A DNA stretch of 64,000 nt. It comes from an uncultured delta proteobacterium. Lineage in GTDB: Bacteria > Myxococcota_A > UBA9160 > UBA4427. Numbering within the stretch: position 1 is the stretch's first letter; each line of letters starts with the position of its first letter. Positions 39,594 to 50,414 of this stretch are shown here, in pieces. The stretch lies in contig CAWGJT010000001.1 of the NCBI GenBank assembly GCA_963822965.1, positions 224,001 through 288,000 on the forward strand. Direction: 5' to 3'. The translations under genes were made by a program, and so were the position numbers. The notes beneath the pieces are model-generated. The model made no database searches. It worked only from the letters and a program-made list of their open reading frames with translations, and was not told the DNA's origin.

Positions 39594-39609
39594 AACGGGC
39601 TCCCTTTGC
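39581..39609 (-). terminator. Probable bidirectional intrinsic terminator after corA
   Basis: GCAAAGGGAGCCC-AAC-GGGCTCCCTTTGC, 13-bp perfect stem. Confidence 0.65.
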
Positions 39610-40832
39610 TAGCGGTCCCCGCCGCGGAACCGGTCCTCGTCGTCATCGGTCTCGCCATCGGCAGACGACCTGCCGATCCAGCCGCGCAGGCGGAACCAGC
39701 CGAGCAGCCCCACGCGCCAGGAGCCACCATCACGGCCCACACGGCCGGGTAGCCCCAGCGCCACTGTAGCTCCGGCATGTAGCGGAAGTTCATCCCGTAG
39801 ACGCCGGCGAGGAAGGTCAGCGGGATGAAGATCGTGGCCACGATCGTGAGCGTCTTCATCACCTCGTTCAGGCGATTGCTGGCGCTCGAGAGGTGCAGGT
39901 CCATCAGACCCACCACCATGTCCCGATGGGTCTCGATCGCATCCAGGGTCTGGAACGCGTGGTCGTGGGCGTCGCGGAGATAGAGCCGCACGTTCTCGCT
40001 GAACGGGAACTCGACGTCCCGCAGCAAGCGTGCTGATGGCGTCCCGCTGCCGCCACTGCACGCGGTGCAGGGTGAGCAGCGTGCGGCGGGTGGCGTGGAT
40101 GCGGGCGAGACACGCGCGCGTGGGACTCTCGACGACCTCCTCCTCGAGCGCGTCGATCACGTCGGCGAGCGCTTCGACGACCGGGAAGTAGCCGTCGACC
40201 ACGGCGTCGATGAGCGCGTAGGCCAGATAGTCGGCGCCCATCGTGCGAATCCGCGTCACGCCGGAACGGATGCGCGCGCGGACGGGATCGAAGACGTCTC
40301 CTGGGCTCTCCTGGAAGGTCGCCACCCAGTTGGGTCCCAGGACCAGGCTCACCTGCTCGATCTCCACGTGGCCCGCCTCACTCACCCGCGCCATCTGCAG
40401 CACGATCAGCAGCCGCTCGTCGTAGAGCTCCGCCTTCGGCCGCTGGGGCACGTGGACCACGTCGGCCATCGCCAGGGGATGGATCCCCAGCGACCCGCGC
40501 CACCTCCTCGAGAATCGCCCGATCCCCGAATCCCTCGATGTCGAACCAGCACGGTTCCGGCCCCGGCGGCGACCTCCTTCACCTGCGAGGCGGATCTTCG
40601 AGGGTCCGCTCCTCGAGAGCCTCGGAGCCGTAGGCCATCGCGCGAATGACCGGTCGCGCGGCGTCCTCGGGCACCACCATGTCGCCCGGCGAGGCGCCCG
40701 CGGGCGGCCGGCGTCGCCGGCGCGATGACCGGCCGAGGAAGCGCAGGGCTTCGACGGGAATTTGCGCGGAAGCGCGCACGAGGCGCTCTCCCGCGCCGAG
40801 GGGTGCCCGGCCGCGGAAGCTCGATCAGCCAT
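39609..40832 (-). CDS. corA: Magnesium/cobalt transporter CorA (several apparent frameshifts; start uncertain)
   Basis: GIHPLAMADV..QRPK, DYLAYALIDAVVDGYFP, NEVMKTLT..GVYGMNF..MPEL. Confidence 0.9.
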   Translation of the reverse strand: MADRASAAGHPSARESASCALPRKFPSKPCASSAGHRAGDAGRPRAPRRATWWCPRTPRDRSFARWPTAPRLSRSGPSKIRLAGEGGRRRGRNRAGSTSRDSGIGRFSRRWRGSLGIHPLAMADVVHVPQRPKAELYDERLLIVLQMARVSEAGHVEIEQVSLVLGPNWVATFQESPGDVFDPVRARIRSGVTRIRTMGADYLAYALIDAVVDGYFPVVEALADVIDALEEEVVESPTRACLARIHATRRTLLTLHRVQWRQRDAISTLAAGRRVPVQRERAALSPRRPRPRVPDPGCDRDPSGHGGGSDGPAPLERQQSPERGDEDAHDRGHDLHPADLPRRRLRDELPLHAGATVALGLPGRVGRDGGSWRVGLLGWFRLRGWIGRSSADGETDDDEDRFRGGDR

Positions 40833-42659
40833 GGCGGGCCAGCGCCTCGAGCGCGCGGTCGTGGGCCTCGTGGTACGCGGCAGCGAGCTTCGACCAGTCG
40901 AAGGCGCGCGAGTGGGCCTCGACCTGGTTGCGAAGGGCGACGCGCCCCCCGCGGTCGAGCCGGCAGAAGGCGAGAACCCGTTCGGTCAGATCCGCCGCCG
41001 CGTCGTGATAGCGCCGATCGCGCCGTTGCAGCACGCCGAGCCCCCACTGGTCGTGGTCCGGGAACGTCTCCGCGACGTAGCGCCCGAAGCCCGCCAGATC
41101 GCTCGTGATGGCCGGCACGCCCATGGCCACGCACTCGAGCGGCGTGTAGCCCCAGGGCTCGTACTGGCTCGGGAACAGCCCCAGGTGACAGCCGCGCACG
41201 AAGTGCTCGTAGTCCATGCCCCAGAGCGGGTTGGTCGAGCTGATGAACGCCGGGTGATAGACGATCTTCACGCGGTCCTCGGGGGCATTGCGCAGCCCCA
41301 GGTGATGCAGATGGGCCAGGATCGGGTCGCGGTCGGGATCGTCGAGCACGTGGGTGCAGAGAAGCGGCGGCTGCTTCGACTTGAAGGCGTGCTGCAGGCG
41401 ACGGTGTCGCAGCCGCCAGTAGTCGTCGACGAGGTCGTCGAGGCGCGGATTCTCCCCCGCGGCGCTGCTCCGGAAGAGCCGCTCGCCCACCTCGCTGTCC
41501 GATGCGCTGGGCAGCCTCGTCGAGGTCGTCCAGCACGCCCCGCGCCTGCAGCACGCTCGGCTCGAGGGAGCGCGCCGACCGGGAGGTCACGATGAAGAGG
41601 ACGATGGTCGTCTCGGAACGCGCCTCCCGCAGCTCGGCGTTGATGCGCGCCGCCGCCTCCAGGCACAGATCGAAGCCCTTGTTGCGCGGCTCGAAGCGAC
41701 CGGCGTTGAAGAGGTAGAGGGTCTTCTCGAGGTCGAAGGAGTAGCTCGGGAAGAAGTGCCCCATCACGAAGCGGTGGATCTGCTCCTTGTAGGCCGCGTG
41801 GTGGGTCTGGAAGTCGTGGCCGAGGTCGAAGCGCGCCACGTCGAGGCCGTTCGGGGTGACGAGATCGGGCCGACGGCCCAGCAGGTGCTCGCACTCCTCG
41901 GCGGTGATGGGCGAGACGGTCGTGAAGACGTGGGCGGCCGCCGCGGATAGACGCTCGATGGCGTGCTGGGCCTCGATCCCGAAGCGCTCCGCCTCGCGGT
42001 CGGCGTCGAGGCTCTCCAGTCGCTCGTAGAGCTCGTCGCCGCTGGAAGCCACGTAGCGCCCCACCGAGGTGGCGTGGGTGGTGAAGAGGGTCGCCACCGG
42101 CGCCTCTTCCTGCCGCAGCGGAGAGCAGCGCCGTTCCCGCGAGCCACTCGTGGAAGTGCGCGACGACGCGCTGGCCTCCGGCGTGGCGCTGGACCGACGA
42201 CAGCATGGCATGCACCGCCTCGCCGAAGCCCAGCACGCCGTCCACCAGCTCGTTGCCGCGTGCCGGCGGAATGCCGTGGTCGCGCTGCATGCGGTGCCGG
42301 ACGACCTCGATGCGCTCGGCGGGAAGCACCGGATCGAGCAGCAGGACGCGCGGACGGCCCGCCACCAGCCAGCGACCGTGCACGCTGCGGATCCCCCGCT
42401 GCGTCAGCTCCTCCATCACCGACTTCAGCCAGTCGTCCGCGGGCTCCGTCTCGAGCTCGATGTCCACCATCTGGGGAACGAGCGGCCCCACCAGCAGGTA
42501 GCGATCGTCCCAACGCGCGCGCATGGCGCGGGCCTTCGAGCGCAGCACCTGGTAGATCCCGCCGACCTGGTTCGCGACCTCCCACGAGATCTCCAGGAGC
42601 ACCGCGTCGGGAAGGGACGGGAAGGATGCGGCGGGCGCGGGTGTGGAGCTCTGGACCAT
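40825..42659 (-). CDS. Glycogen synthase, GT3 family (apparent frameshifts near 41490 and 42120)
   Basis: EISWEVANQVGGIY, HFHEW, FTTHAT, FTTVSPIT, GRFEPRNKG, PSQYEPWGYTPLEC. Confidence 0.9.
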
Positions 42660-42822
42660 CCCCGCGAGTCTACGCCAGCCCCGACCGGGACGGTCGTCCG
42701 GACGCCCTGGCCGTCCGGCGGGTGCGTGCGAGAATCCAGCCCGCGGGCCCGGCCCGACCGCCTCGCGCCGAGCGCGCCGCTCCGCACGGGGGCGCAGGAG
42801 TCCGCACGAAGAGGGAGGTCCC

Positions 42823-43678
42823 GTGAGCCAAGCGAACGCGAATGCCCAGCAGATCGAGTACTGGAACCAGGTCTCCGGACCGCGGTGGGTGTCCCTGGCA
42901 GACACCATCGACCGGCAGATCGAGCCGATCGGGGTGGAGGCCATGGCACGGGCCGAGGTGGCCCCCGGCGAGCGGGTGCTCGACGTGGGCTGCGGCTGCG
43001 GGCAGACGAGCCTCGCGCTCGGGGCGCGGGTCGGGGCCGCCGGCCGCGTGCTCGGCATCGACATCTCGGCGCCGATGCTCGCGGAGGCGCGGGCGCGCAG
43101 CCGCACGCGTCGGCGTGGGCCGCGTGGAGTTCCTCCAGGCCGACGCCCAGGTGCACCCGGTCGAGCCGGGCACCTTCGACGTGCTCTTCTCGCGCTTCGG
43201 CGTGATGTTCTTCGAAGACCCCGTGGCGGCCTTCGCGAACCTCCGCGGCTCGCTCGCAGAGGGCGGCCGCCTCTGCTTCGTGTGCTGGCAGAGCATCGCG
43301 AGCAACCCCTGGATGCTCGTTCCCGCCCAGGCGGCGGCCCAGCACGTGGCGCTGCCTGCACCCGCGGGTCCCGAGGCGCCCGGCCCCTTCGCGTTCGCCG
43401 ACCCGGAACGCGTGCGAGGCATCCTCGACCGGGCGGGCTTCCGGGACGTCTCCTGCGACGACCACTCGGGCGAGCTCGCCGTCGGCCAGGGGCGCGCGCT
43501 CGGCGAGATCGTGGAGTTCCTGCAGCAGATGGGGCCCGCCGGGCGCGCGCTGCTCGACGCGTCGGCCGAGCAGCGCCGCAAGGCGACGGAGACCATGCTC
43601 GGCGCCCTCGCGCCCTACTACACCGGCGACGCCCTCGTGATGGGGTTCGCCACCTGGATCGTCACCGCCCGGGCCTGA
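42823..43678 (+). CDS. Class I SAM-dependent methyltransferase (apparent frameshift near 43110)
   Basis: VLDVGCGCG, GIDISAPML, SRFGVMFF, PGPFAFAD. Confidence 0.9.
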
Positions 43679-43749
43679 GGGGGAGCGGGAGCTCCCCCCG
43701 ACCCCGGGCCGCAGCGCGCCGTCGCGAAGCGACGGCGCCGCGCGACCGC

Positions 43750-45306
43750 TCAGTGCCCGTGCCCCTTGTCGCGGCACGCCTTCCGGTGCCCCCGGTGCAT
43801 GGCGCGCGTCCAGCAGGGACCGATCTGCGGTGTCTCGAAGGGGCCGAGCATCCACTCGACGCCGTCGAGCTCCACGCCGATCCGTACCCCGGCGGCCGGC
43901 GCCTCGTCGGTCTGGGTCCGCAGGCGGAAGTGGCCCGCGAAGCCCGCGCGACCGAGGGCGAGCAGCTCGTCGGAGGCGTCGTCGTAGAGCCGCAAGGTCG
44001 CGCCGGAGGGTGCCCGGTCGCCCCACACCTGGAGCGAGCCGTTCAGGCAGATCCAGAAGGCCTTCCACACCCGCAGCCGGGCTTCGCCGCTGCAGTCTTT
44101 GGGCGCATTGCGAACCTCCATGGCGGGAGCGCTCGCTTCCGCGGCGTGGGCGTCGATCGAGCAGGGCGGGAAGAGCGTCTGGAAGTCCGCGGCGAAGCTT
44201 CCGTCGGCGTCCGCGACGAGGGAGTGGAGAACCATGCCGCTGATCGCGTCGCGGATCTCGACCGGTGCTCCCGGCGGCGCGCCGTGACCCATCACCTGCA
44301 GGGCCGGACGCGGCCATTCGGTCCAGCTCGCGTCGTCGAGCTCCAGCTCGAAGACGGGCGGCGGCGTGAGGACCTCGACGGTGAAGGTCTCCGAGGCCGC
44401 CTCGGGAGGCACGCCGTCGTCGGTCACCGTCACGGTCAGCTCGAAGAGCCCGGCCGCATCCGGTATCCACTGCAGGAGCGCGGTTCCGTCTCCCGCGTCT
44501 TGCAGCACGGCGCCCTCGGGCAGACCCTCGACGTCGAAGACGAGGCCGTCGTCGTCCGCGTCGCTGGCCAGGAGCGCGATCTCGAGCGTGCCCCCGACGT
44601 CCACGGTGCGGTCTCCGATGGGCTCGAGGATCGGCGGCACGTTCACGTCGCCGATGGTGACGACGATCGTCTCCTCGTCGGTCGCCAGGCCATCGCTGAC
44701 CGTGAACGTCAGCACGTGGTTTCCGACCTGGTCGGAGCTCGGCACCCATTCGAAGGTCGACTCACCGGGAGCACCGGGCTGCAGGAGCGACCCGTTCAGG
44801 ATCGGGTCGACCGAGAAGGTCAGGGGATCGCCGTCGGGATCGGTCGCCGAGAGCGGCACCGAAACGGGCATGCCGACGATGCCCTCCTGGTCTCCGATCG
44901 GGTCGAGGACCGGCGGCCGATTGCCGCCGTTCACCGTGATCGTGACCTCCGCATAGGCGCTCATCATGGGCGTTCCACGGTCCGTGGCGATGAAGGTGAT
45001 GATGTGCGAACCGCCCTGGGCATCCGTCGGAATCCAGAAGAAGGAGCCGTTGCCGTTGCCGTCCACGTCGAAGCGGGCGCCGGCCGGCAGGCCCGAAACC
45101 GTCAGGTCCACGCGCTGCCCCTCCGGATCCGTCGCGTGGACCGCGAACAGGACCAGCTGCCCGACGTCCACCGAGAGATCGGAAAGCGGAGCGATCTCGG
45201 GCGGGAGATTCACCTGGGCGCGCGCTGGACTCGGGAAGGATGCGAGGGCCGCGAGCGCGAAGAAGGAGAAGAAGAAGGAGGGGACGAGGGGGGCTCTTGT
45301 CTTCAT
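43750..45306 (-). CDS. Secreted protein with three cadherin/Ig-like repeats and two C-terminal repeats
   Basis: Signal peptide; N.PP..PIGD...ATDP.G three times. Confidence 0.85.
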   Translation of the reverse strand: MKTRAPLVPSFFFSFFALAALASFPSPARAQVNLPPEIAPLSDLSVDVGQLVLFAVHATDPEGQRVDLTVSGLPAGARFDVDGNGNGSFFWIPTDAQGGSHIITFIATDRGTPMMSAYAEVTITVNGGNRPPVLDPIGDQEGIVGMPVSVPLSATDPDGDPLTFSVDPILNGSLLQPGAPGESTFEWVPSSDQVGNHVLTFTVSDGLATDEETIVVTIGDVNVPPILEPIGDRTVDVGGTLEIALLASDADDDGLVFDVEGLPEGAVLQDAGDGTALLQWIPDAAGLFELTVTVTDDGVPPEAASETFTVEVLTPPPVFELELDDASWTEWPRPALQVMGHGAPPGAPVEIRDAISGMVLHSLVADADGSFAADFQTLFPPCSIDAHAAEASAPAMEVRNAPKDCSGEARLRVWKAFWICLNGSLQVWGDRAPSGATLRLYDDASDELLALGRAGFAGHFRLRTQTDEAPAAGVRIGVELDGVEWMLGPFETPQIGPCWTRAMHRGHRKACRDKGHGH

Positions 45307-45373
45307 CGTTGTCTCCCTGTCGGCGGAACACGTCCGCTCGCTCCATTCATCGACCGGAACGTGAGGTTCGCCA

Positions 45374-45389
45374 CGTGACCTGGGTCACG
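45374..45389. promoter_or_regulatory. CRP/FNR-family-like binding site
   Basis: CGTGA-CCTGGG-TCACG; weaker neighbours at 45360 and 45404. Confidence 0.55.
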
Positions 45390-45625
45390 AGTTCGGCAGC
45401 TCGTGTGACACACATCTGCAACGGCCGCGCAGACAAGCGGCAGGCTGCCGAACGACGCATCGCCGTCGGTCCGCGATCGCGAACGATGCGCGAGAACCGC
45501 CGAGAGCAGTCGTGCGCGCCCGCGCACCGCGGACGAGACGGAAGCCCACCGTTCAGCGGCCCGTCAGGGGACGCTGGCGTGCGGCTTTCGGACGGGAGAA
45601 GAGCGGAGAACGGGAACGGATCGCC

Positions 45626-46093
45626 TCAGCGACCGTACGATCCGCCCAGATGATCGTAGGGATCGACGTTGCTTCGCAGCTGCTCGTCGAATCGAGAGCG
45701 TTCGATCAGCTTCTCGAAGCCCTCGGCCACGGCGTTGAAGAAGTCGCGAGCCGACAGGATGCCGATGGGCCGCCCGCCGTCCACCACCGGAAGGTGTCGG
45801 ATCCCGCGGTCGCGCAGCGTCTCGGCACAGGCGCGCAGGGGCGCCGCGACGTCGACGCTGATCACGTCCCGGGTCGCGACGTCACCCACCGGGGTCCGGG
45901 ACGGGTCGAGTCCCTCGGCGACCACCGCCGTGAGGAGATCGCGTTCGGTGAAGATGCCGGTGACGGTCTCGCCCTCCACGATGACGACGGCACCCACGCC
46001 GGCCTCCCGCATGCGGCGCGCAGCGGCCCCGACCATCTCGTCCGCCTGGGCGGTGACCAGGGGCTTGTGCATGATGGAATCGATCGAGACCAT
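45626..46093 (-). CDS. CBS domain protein
   Basis: GIFTERDLL, IRHLPVVD. Confidence 0.9.
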   Translation of the reverse strand: MVSIDSIMHKPLVTAQADEMVGAAARRMREAGVGAVVIVEGETVTGIFTERDLLTAVVAEGLDPSRTPVGDVATRDVISVDVAAPLRACAETLRDRGIRHLPVVDGGRPIGILSARDFFNAVAEGFEKLIERSRFDEQLRSNVDPYDHLGGSYGR

Positions 46094-46191
46094 GCCTTCT
46101 CTCCTCCGTTCCTCGGGAATGGAATTCCTGCGCTTCAGCTGCCGAACCACCGCCCCGCCCGCTGGCGCCCTACCCGGCTCCTCGGGCGAGT

Positions 46192-46206
46192 GCACGAGGC
46201 ATGCCC
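46192..46206 (-). promoter_or_regulatory. Putative sigma54 promoter
   Basis: GGGCATG-CCTC-GTGC upstream of the CBS gene. Confidence 0.35.
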
Positions 46207-46312
46207 GCGGTCGCCTCGCCCTGGGCCACCCCAGCGCGGGGCGGGTGACAGGATGGCACACGTCGAGGCGATTCTCCGCAGGACTCTTCGGGCTTCCAGC
46301 TCCCGGCGCGGG

Positions 46313-46834
46313 TCAGCCGACGAACTTGTCGCCCTTGTGCCACTCCACACCGCAGAGACCGCCGCTCTGGAGCGCCTGCGCGGTGCGCAACACCTCGCCG
46401 GGGCTCCGGCCGACGCTGAGGTCGTTGACCGCGAAGGCGCGGATGGTGCCCTGGTCGTCCACGATGACGGTGGCGCGGTACGCGACCCCGTCGGACTCCT
46501 TGAGGACCCCGAAGCTCCGGCTCACCGCGTGGCTCGTGTCGGCGATCACCGGGTGGGTGATCGCCTGGGGGAAGGTGTCCCGATCCTCGAACCAGTGCTT
46601 GTGGCTGTAGAACGAGTCGGTGCTCGCACCGATGACGTCGATGCCGTCGGCTTCGAAGTCCCCGAGCAGGGCCTGGAACCCGCGGATCTCCGTGGGGCAG
46701 ACGAAGGTGAAGTCGAGGGGGTACCAGTAGAGGACGTGCCACCGACCCCGGTAGTCCTTGCTGCCGATCCGCACCTCCTCACCCTCTCGATAGGCGGTGG
46801 CGCTCCACTCGGGCTCCCGTCGTCCGACCTGCAT
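46313..46834 (-). CDS. Peroxiredoxin (AhpC-type, 2-Cys)
   Basis: YPLDFTFVCPTE, VGRS, GLCGVEW. Confidence 0.93.
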   Translation of the reverse strand: MQVGRREPEWSATAYREGEEVRIGSKDYRGRWHVLYWYPLDFTFVCPTEIRGFQALLGDFEADGIDVIGASTDSFYSHKHWFEDRDTFPQAITHPVIADTSHAVSRSFGVLKESDGVAYRATVIVDDQGTIRAFAVNDLSVGRSPGEVLRTAQALQSGGLCGVEWHKGDKFVG

Positions 46835-46930
46835 GGCTTCCTCCCTCCCGTGTCGCGTTCTGCTGGACGCGCTTCCGACCTTCCCGATGCCGTCGGGGAG
46901 GCGGAGGTTCCATCCTGCGCGGGGACGGAC

Positions 46931-49176
46931 TCACACGGGCGCCACCTCCACGGGGATCCCGTTGACGACGGCGTTGCCCGATGCGACGTCCACGAGATCG
47001 CCCGGAGCGAGCACGTTGTTGCACACCCCCGGATGCTGCGACGCCACCGACAGCCGCACGCCCGCCTTGTCGTGTCCCCAGCCGTGCGGCAGGCAGACGA
47101 CGCCCGGACGCATCTCGTCGCTGACCTCCACCTCCACCTCGAGCTGGCCGGCGCGCGACGTCACGCGCGCCAGGGCGCCGATCCGAAAGGCCGCGGGAGC
47201 GCGCGTCGTCCGGGTGGACCAGCAGCGTGCAGCGATCGCGACCGGTCATCAGCGCCGGCACGTTGTGCATCCAGGAGTTGTTGGAGCGCACGTGGCGCCG
47301 GCTCACGAGGACGAGTCCCGCCTCGGCATCGTCCAGCGCGGCGCGCAGGCGCGGCACGTCGGCCACGATGTACGCGGGGGCCAGCTCGAGCTTTCCCGAG
47401 GGCGTGGCCAGGATCTCGTCGAGCCGGGGCACCATGCGGGCCGAGGTCGATTCCGTCCGGCTGGGCCGCGATCTTCGCGAGCGTGAGCCCGTCGGGATCG
47501 CACCCCGTAGCACTCGCCCCAGGGTCCCGTGCGGATCTGGAAGTCGAGCAGCCGGGACGGCCCACGCCCGGGGGTCGCCGCGACGATCTCGGCCGGATCG
47601 CGCCCTTCGATGCGCGAGCCGGGAATCTGGCACACGCCCGCCACCAGACCGGCGAAGAAGAGGCGGTCGAGCGCGTCCACGTCGACGTCGGCCGCCTTCT
47701 GCCCCTGGACCAGCGCGGCCAGAACGAGCAGCACCTGCCACTCCGGCACGTGCTCGGGATCCGGGCTCGAAGACCGGGCGGCGAGAACTTGGCGGCGCTG
47801 CGCCCGGCCCAGCTCCACTGCATCTCGTCGTAGTGGGGCTGCTCGAGCACCGAGTGTCCGGGCAGGATCACGTGGGCGTGCCGGCTCGTCTCGTTCAGCC
47901 AGTTGTCGATGGCGATCATGCACTCGAGCGCGGGCAGCGCCGCGTCGAGGCGGTCGCCTTCCGGGCGCCGACAGGACGGGATTGCCGGCAATCGTGAGGA
48001 GCGCCTGGATCTGACCCTCTCCGGGCGTCGCGATCTCCTCGGCGAGGCACGAGATCGGCACCTGACCCAGCACCTCCGGAGCGCCCGCGCACCCGGGACT
48101 TCCAGCGGTGGAACGTGAAGCCGTCGGCGAACTCCGGCGGCCGCAGCGAGATGAGCGACCACGCGATGGGCTTCGAGAACATCGAGCCGCCGGGTCGGTC
48201 GAGGTTGCCCGTCAGCACGTTCACCACGTCCACCGCCCACGAAGCGAGGGTCCCGAACTCCTGGTTGCAGGTACCGATGCGCCCGTACACGGCGGCGCGG
48301 TCGGCCGCGGCGAGCTCCCGGGCGATGCGCCGCACGTCGTCCGCCGTGAGCCCGGTCCGCACCTCCACCGCCTCGGGCGTGAAGTCCGCGCACAGCGCCT
48401 CCACCTCCTCCACGCCGGCCACCCGTCCCGCGAGATTGCGCAGATCGACGAGCCCCTCGGCGAAGAGCACGTTGGCCACGGCCAGCAGGAAGCGCCGCGT
48501 CGCCGCCGGGACGGATCGGCAGCCACTCGTCCGCGTGCTTCACCGTTCCGGTGCGACGCGGATCGACGACCACCACCTTGCCGCCGCGCGCGCGGATCGC
48601 GTCGAAGCGCCCGAGCAGGTCCGGGCAGGCGAGCAGGCTGCCCTGGGAGGCGTGCGGGTTGGCGCCCATCACGAGCAGGTACTCGCAGCGGTCGACGTCC
48701 GGGATCGGGAAGGTCCACATCCCGCCGAAGAGCAGCGCGCTCGAGACGTTCTTCGGCCACTGGTCGACGGTGCCCGCAGAGTAGATCACCGGAAGCCCGG
48801 CCATCGGGCGTGAAGGCGGCGGCGTAGCGGGAGAGCGAGTAGTTGTGGGCGACGGGATTGCCGAAGTAGGCGGTCATGGCGCCGCGGCCGTGCGCTCGAG
48901 CACCGGGTGCAGCAGCCGCTCGATCTCCTCGAAGGCCTCGGACCAGGTCACCGGGACGAACTCGCCGCCCCGGCGCACCAGCGGCGTGCGCAGCCGATCG
49001 GGATCCTCGTGCAGGTCGCCGAGGGTGGTGCCCTTGGGACAGATGTAGCCCCGGCTCCAGACGTCGGCCTCGTGGGGTCGGATCTTCGCGACGCGGCCGC
49101 CCTCGACGGTCACCTGCAGGCCGCACATGGCCTCGCACAGCGGACAGGTCTTGATGAAGGTTCCGTCGGCGGTCAC
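46931..49176 (-). CDS. Molybdopterin-dependent oxidoreductase (several apparent frameshifts)
   Basis: TCPLCEAMCG..CPKG Fe-S motif, VVVDPRRT, RSNNSWMHN, LPHGWGH. Confidence 0.88.
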
Positions 49177-50414
49177 CGCGCGGCCTTCCGCGCCATGCCG
49201 GCCTGCTCGGCGCGGGCGCGGAGGAACGTGATGCAGGTGGAGTCGGCGGGGATCTCCTCGAGGGGCTGCCGGACGAGCTCCGGGGTGATGCCGACCGCCT
49301 CCGCCTCCGGACGCAGCGCCTCGAGGTCGAACCCGTAGAGCGCCGCCGCGTTCTCCCCCAGCATCATGCGCACCTCCTTCTCGTCCACGTCCGCGAACGC
49401 GAAGCGCATGTTCTCCCGGGAGTACGGGTAGCAGCCCTCGTAGTGCGGGTAGTCGTTGCCCCACAGGATCCGATCCACGCCCACGACGTCCCGGTCCCGG
49501 ATGTCCCGGGGCGACGGGAAGCTGGCGCCGTACCAGCAGTTGCGCTTCGCGTAGAAGCTCGGGAGCTCCGCGAGGGCCGGGTCCAGCGAGGTATCGATCT
49601 CACCGATCGCCCCGGCCTTCCAGGCGAGGTACATGGCGTCCATCTGTCGCATGACGCCCGGCGCCCACGCGCAGCCCGACTCGGTCAGGATGTACCGGAG
49701 CCGCGGGAAACGCTCGAAGACGCCCCCCATGATGAGATGGGTGAAGCCGCGCTGGACGAAGAACGACATCTCCATCGCCCACAGGGCCTTCGCGCCCTGT
49801 CCGTCGCAGTACACCGGCGACCCCTGCCCGGAGTGCTGGTTCAGGACCAGGTCGCAGTCCTGGATCGCCGCCCACACCCGGTCGTAGTCCGGGTGGTTGA
49901 GGGGTCGCAGGTGCACCTCGGAGGGGGACGGCAGGGGCAGCAGCACGCCTCCCCGCAGCCCGTTCCGGGCGATCCACTGGACGTCCTCGATGGCGTCGTC
50001 GATGTCGTTCAGGTGGATCAGCCCGATCCCGGCCCGACGCGCGGGCTCCTCGGCGCAGAACTCCGCGAGCCAGCGGTTGTGGGCCTGGGCGCCCGCGCGC
50101 GCCCGTTCGTACTCCTCGGGCGAGGGCGGCGGCGAGATGTGGAAGGCCTTCGCGTAGAACGGCGGCACCGTGTTCGGGAAGATCACCTCGCCCACCACAC
50201 CGTCGGCCTGCAGATCGGCCCGACGCACGGCCGAGTCCCAGTTCTTCGTCTTCTTGCCGCCCACGTGCTCCTTGGAGGGGTTCCGGTATCCGCCCCGCCA
50301 GTCGTCGAACGCCTTCCGCCACCCCGGATCGAGGTAGGCGCGATAGCCGTCGATGGAGGCGCCGGCATGGGTATCCGCGGTGATGGTGATGTAGGGAGCG
50401 GCTTCCGAGCCCAT
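49173..50414 (-). CDS. Amidohydrolase family protein
   Basis: ITADTH, VIFPN, GGVFERFPRL, WGNDYPHYE. Confidence 0.9.
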   Translation of the reverse strand: MGSEAAPYITITADTHAGASIDGYRAYLDPGWRKAFDDWRGGYRNPSKEHVGGKKTKNWDSAVRRADLQADGVVGEVIFPNTVPPFYAKAFHISPPPSPEEYERARAGAQAHNRWLAEFCAEEPARRAGIGLIHLNDIDDAIEDVQWIARNGLRGGVLLPLPSPSEVHLRPLNHPDYDRVWAAIQDCDLVLNQHSGQGSPVYCDGQGAKALWAMEMSFFVQRGFTHLIMGGVFERFPRLRYILTESGCAWAPGVMRQMDAMYLAWKAGAIGEIDTSLDPALAELPSFYAKRNCWYGASFPSPRDIRDRDVVGVDRILWGNDYPHYEGCYPYSRENMRFAFADVDEKEVRMMLGENAAALYGFDLEALRPEAEAVGITPELVRQPLEEIPADSTCITFLRARAEQAGMARKAAR

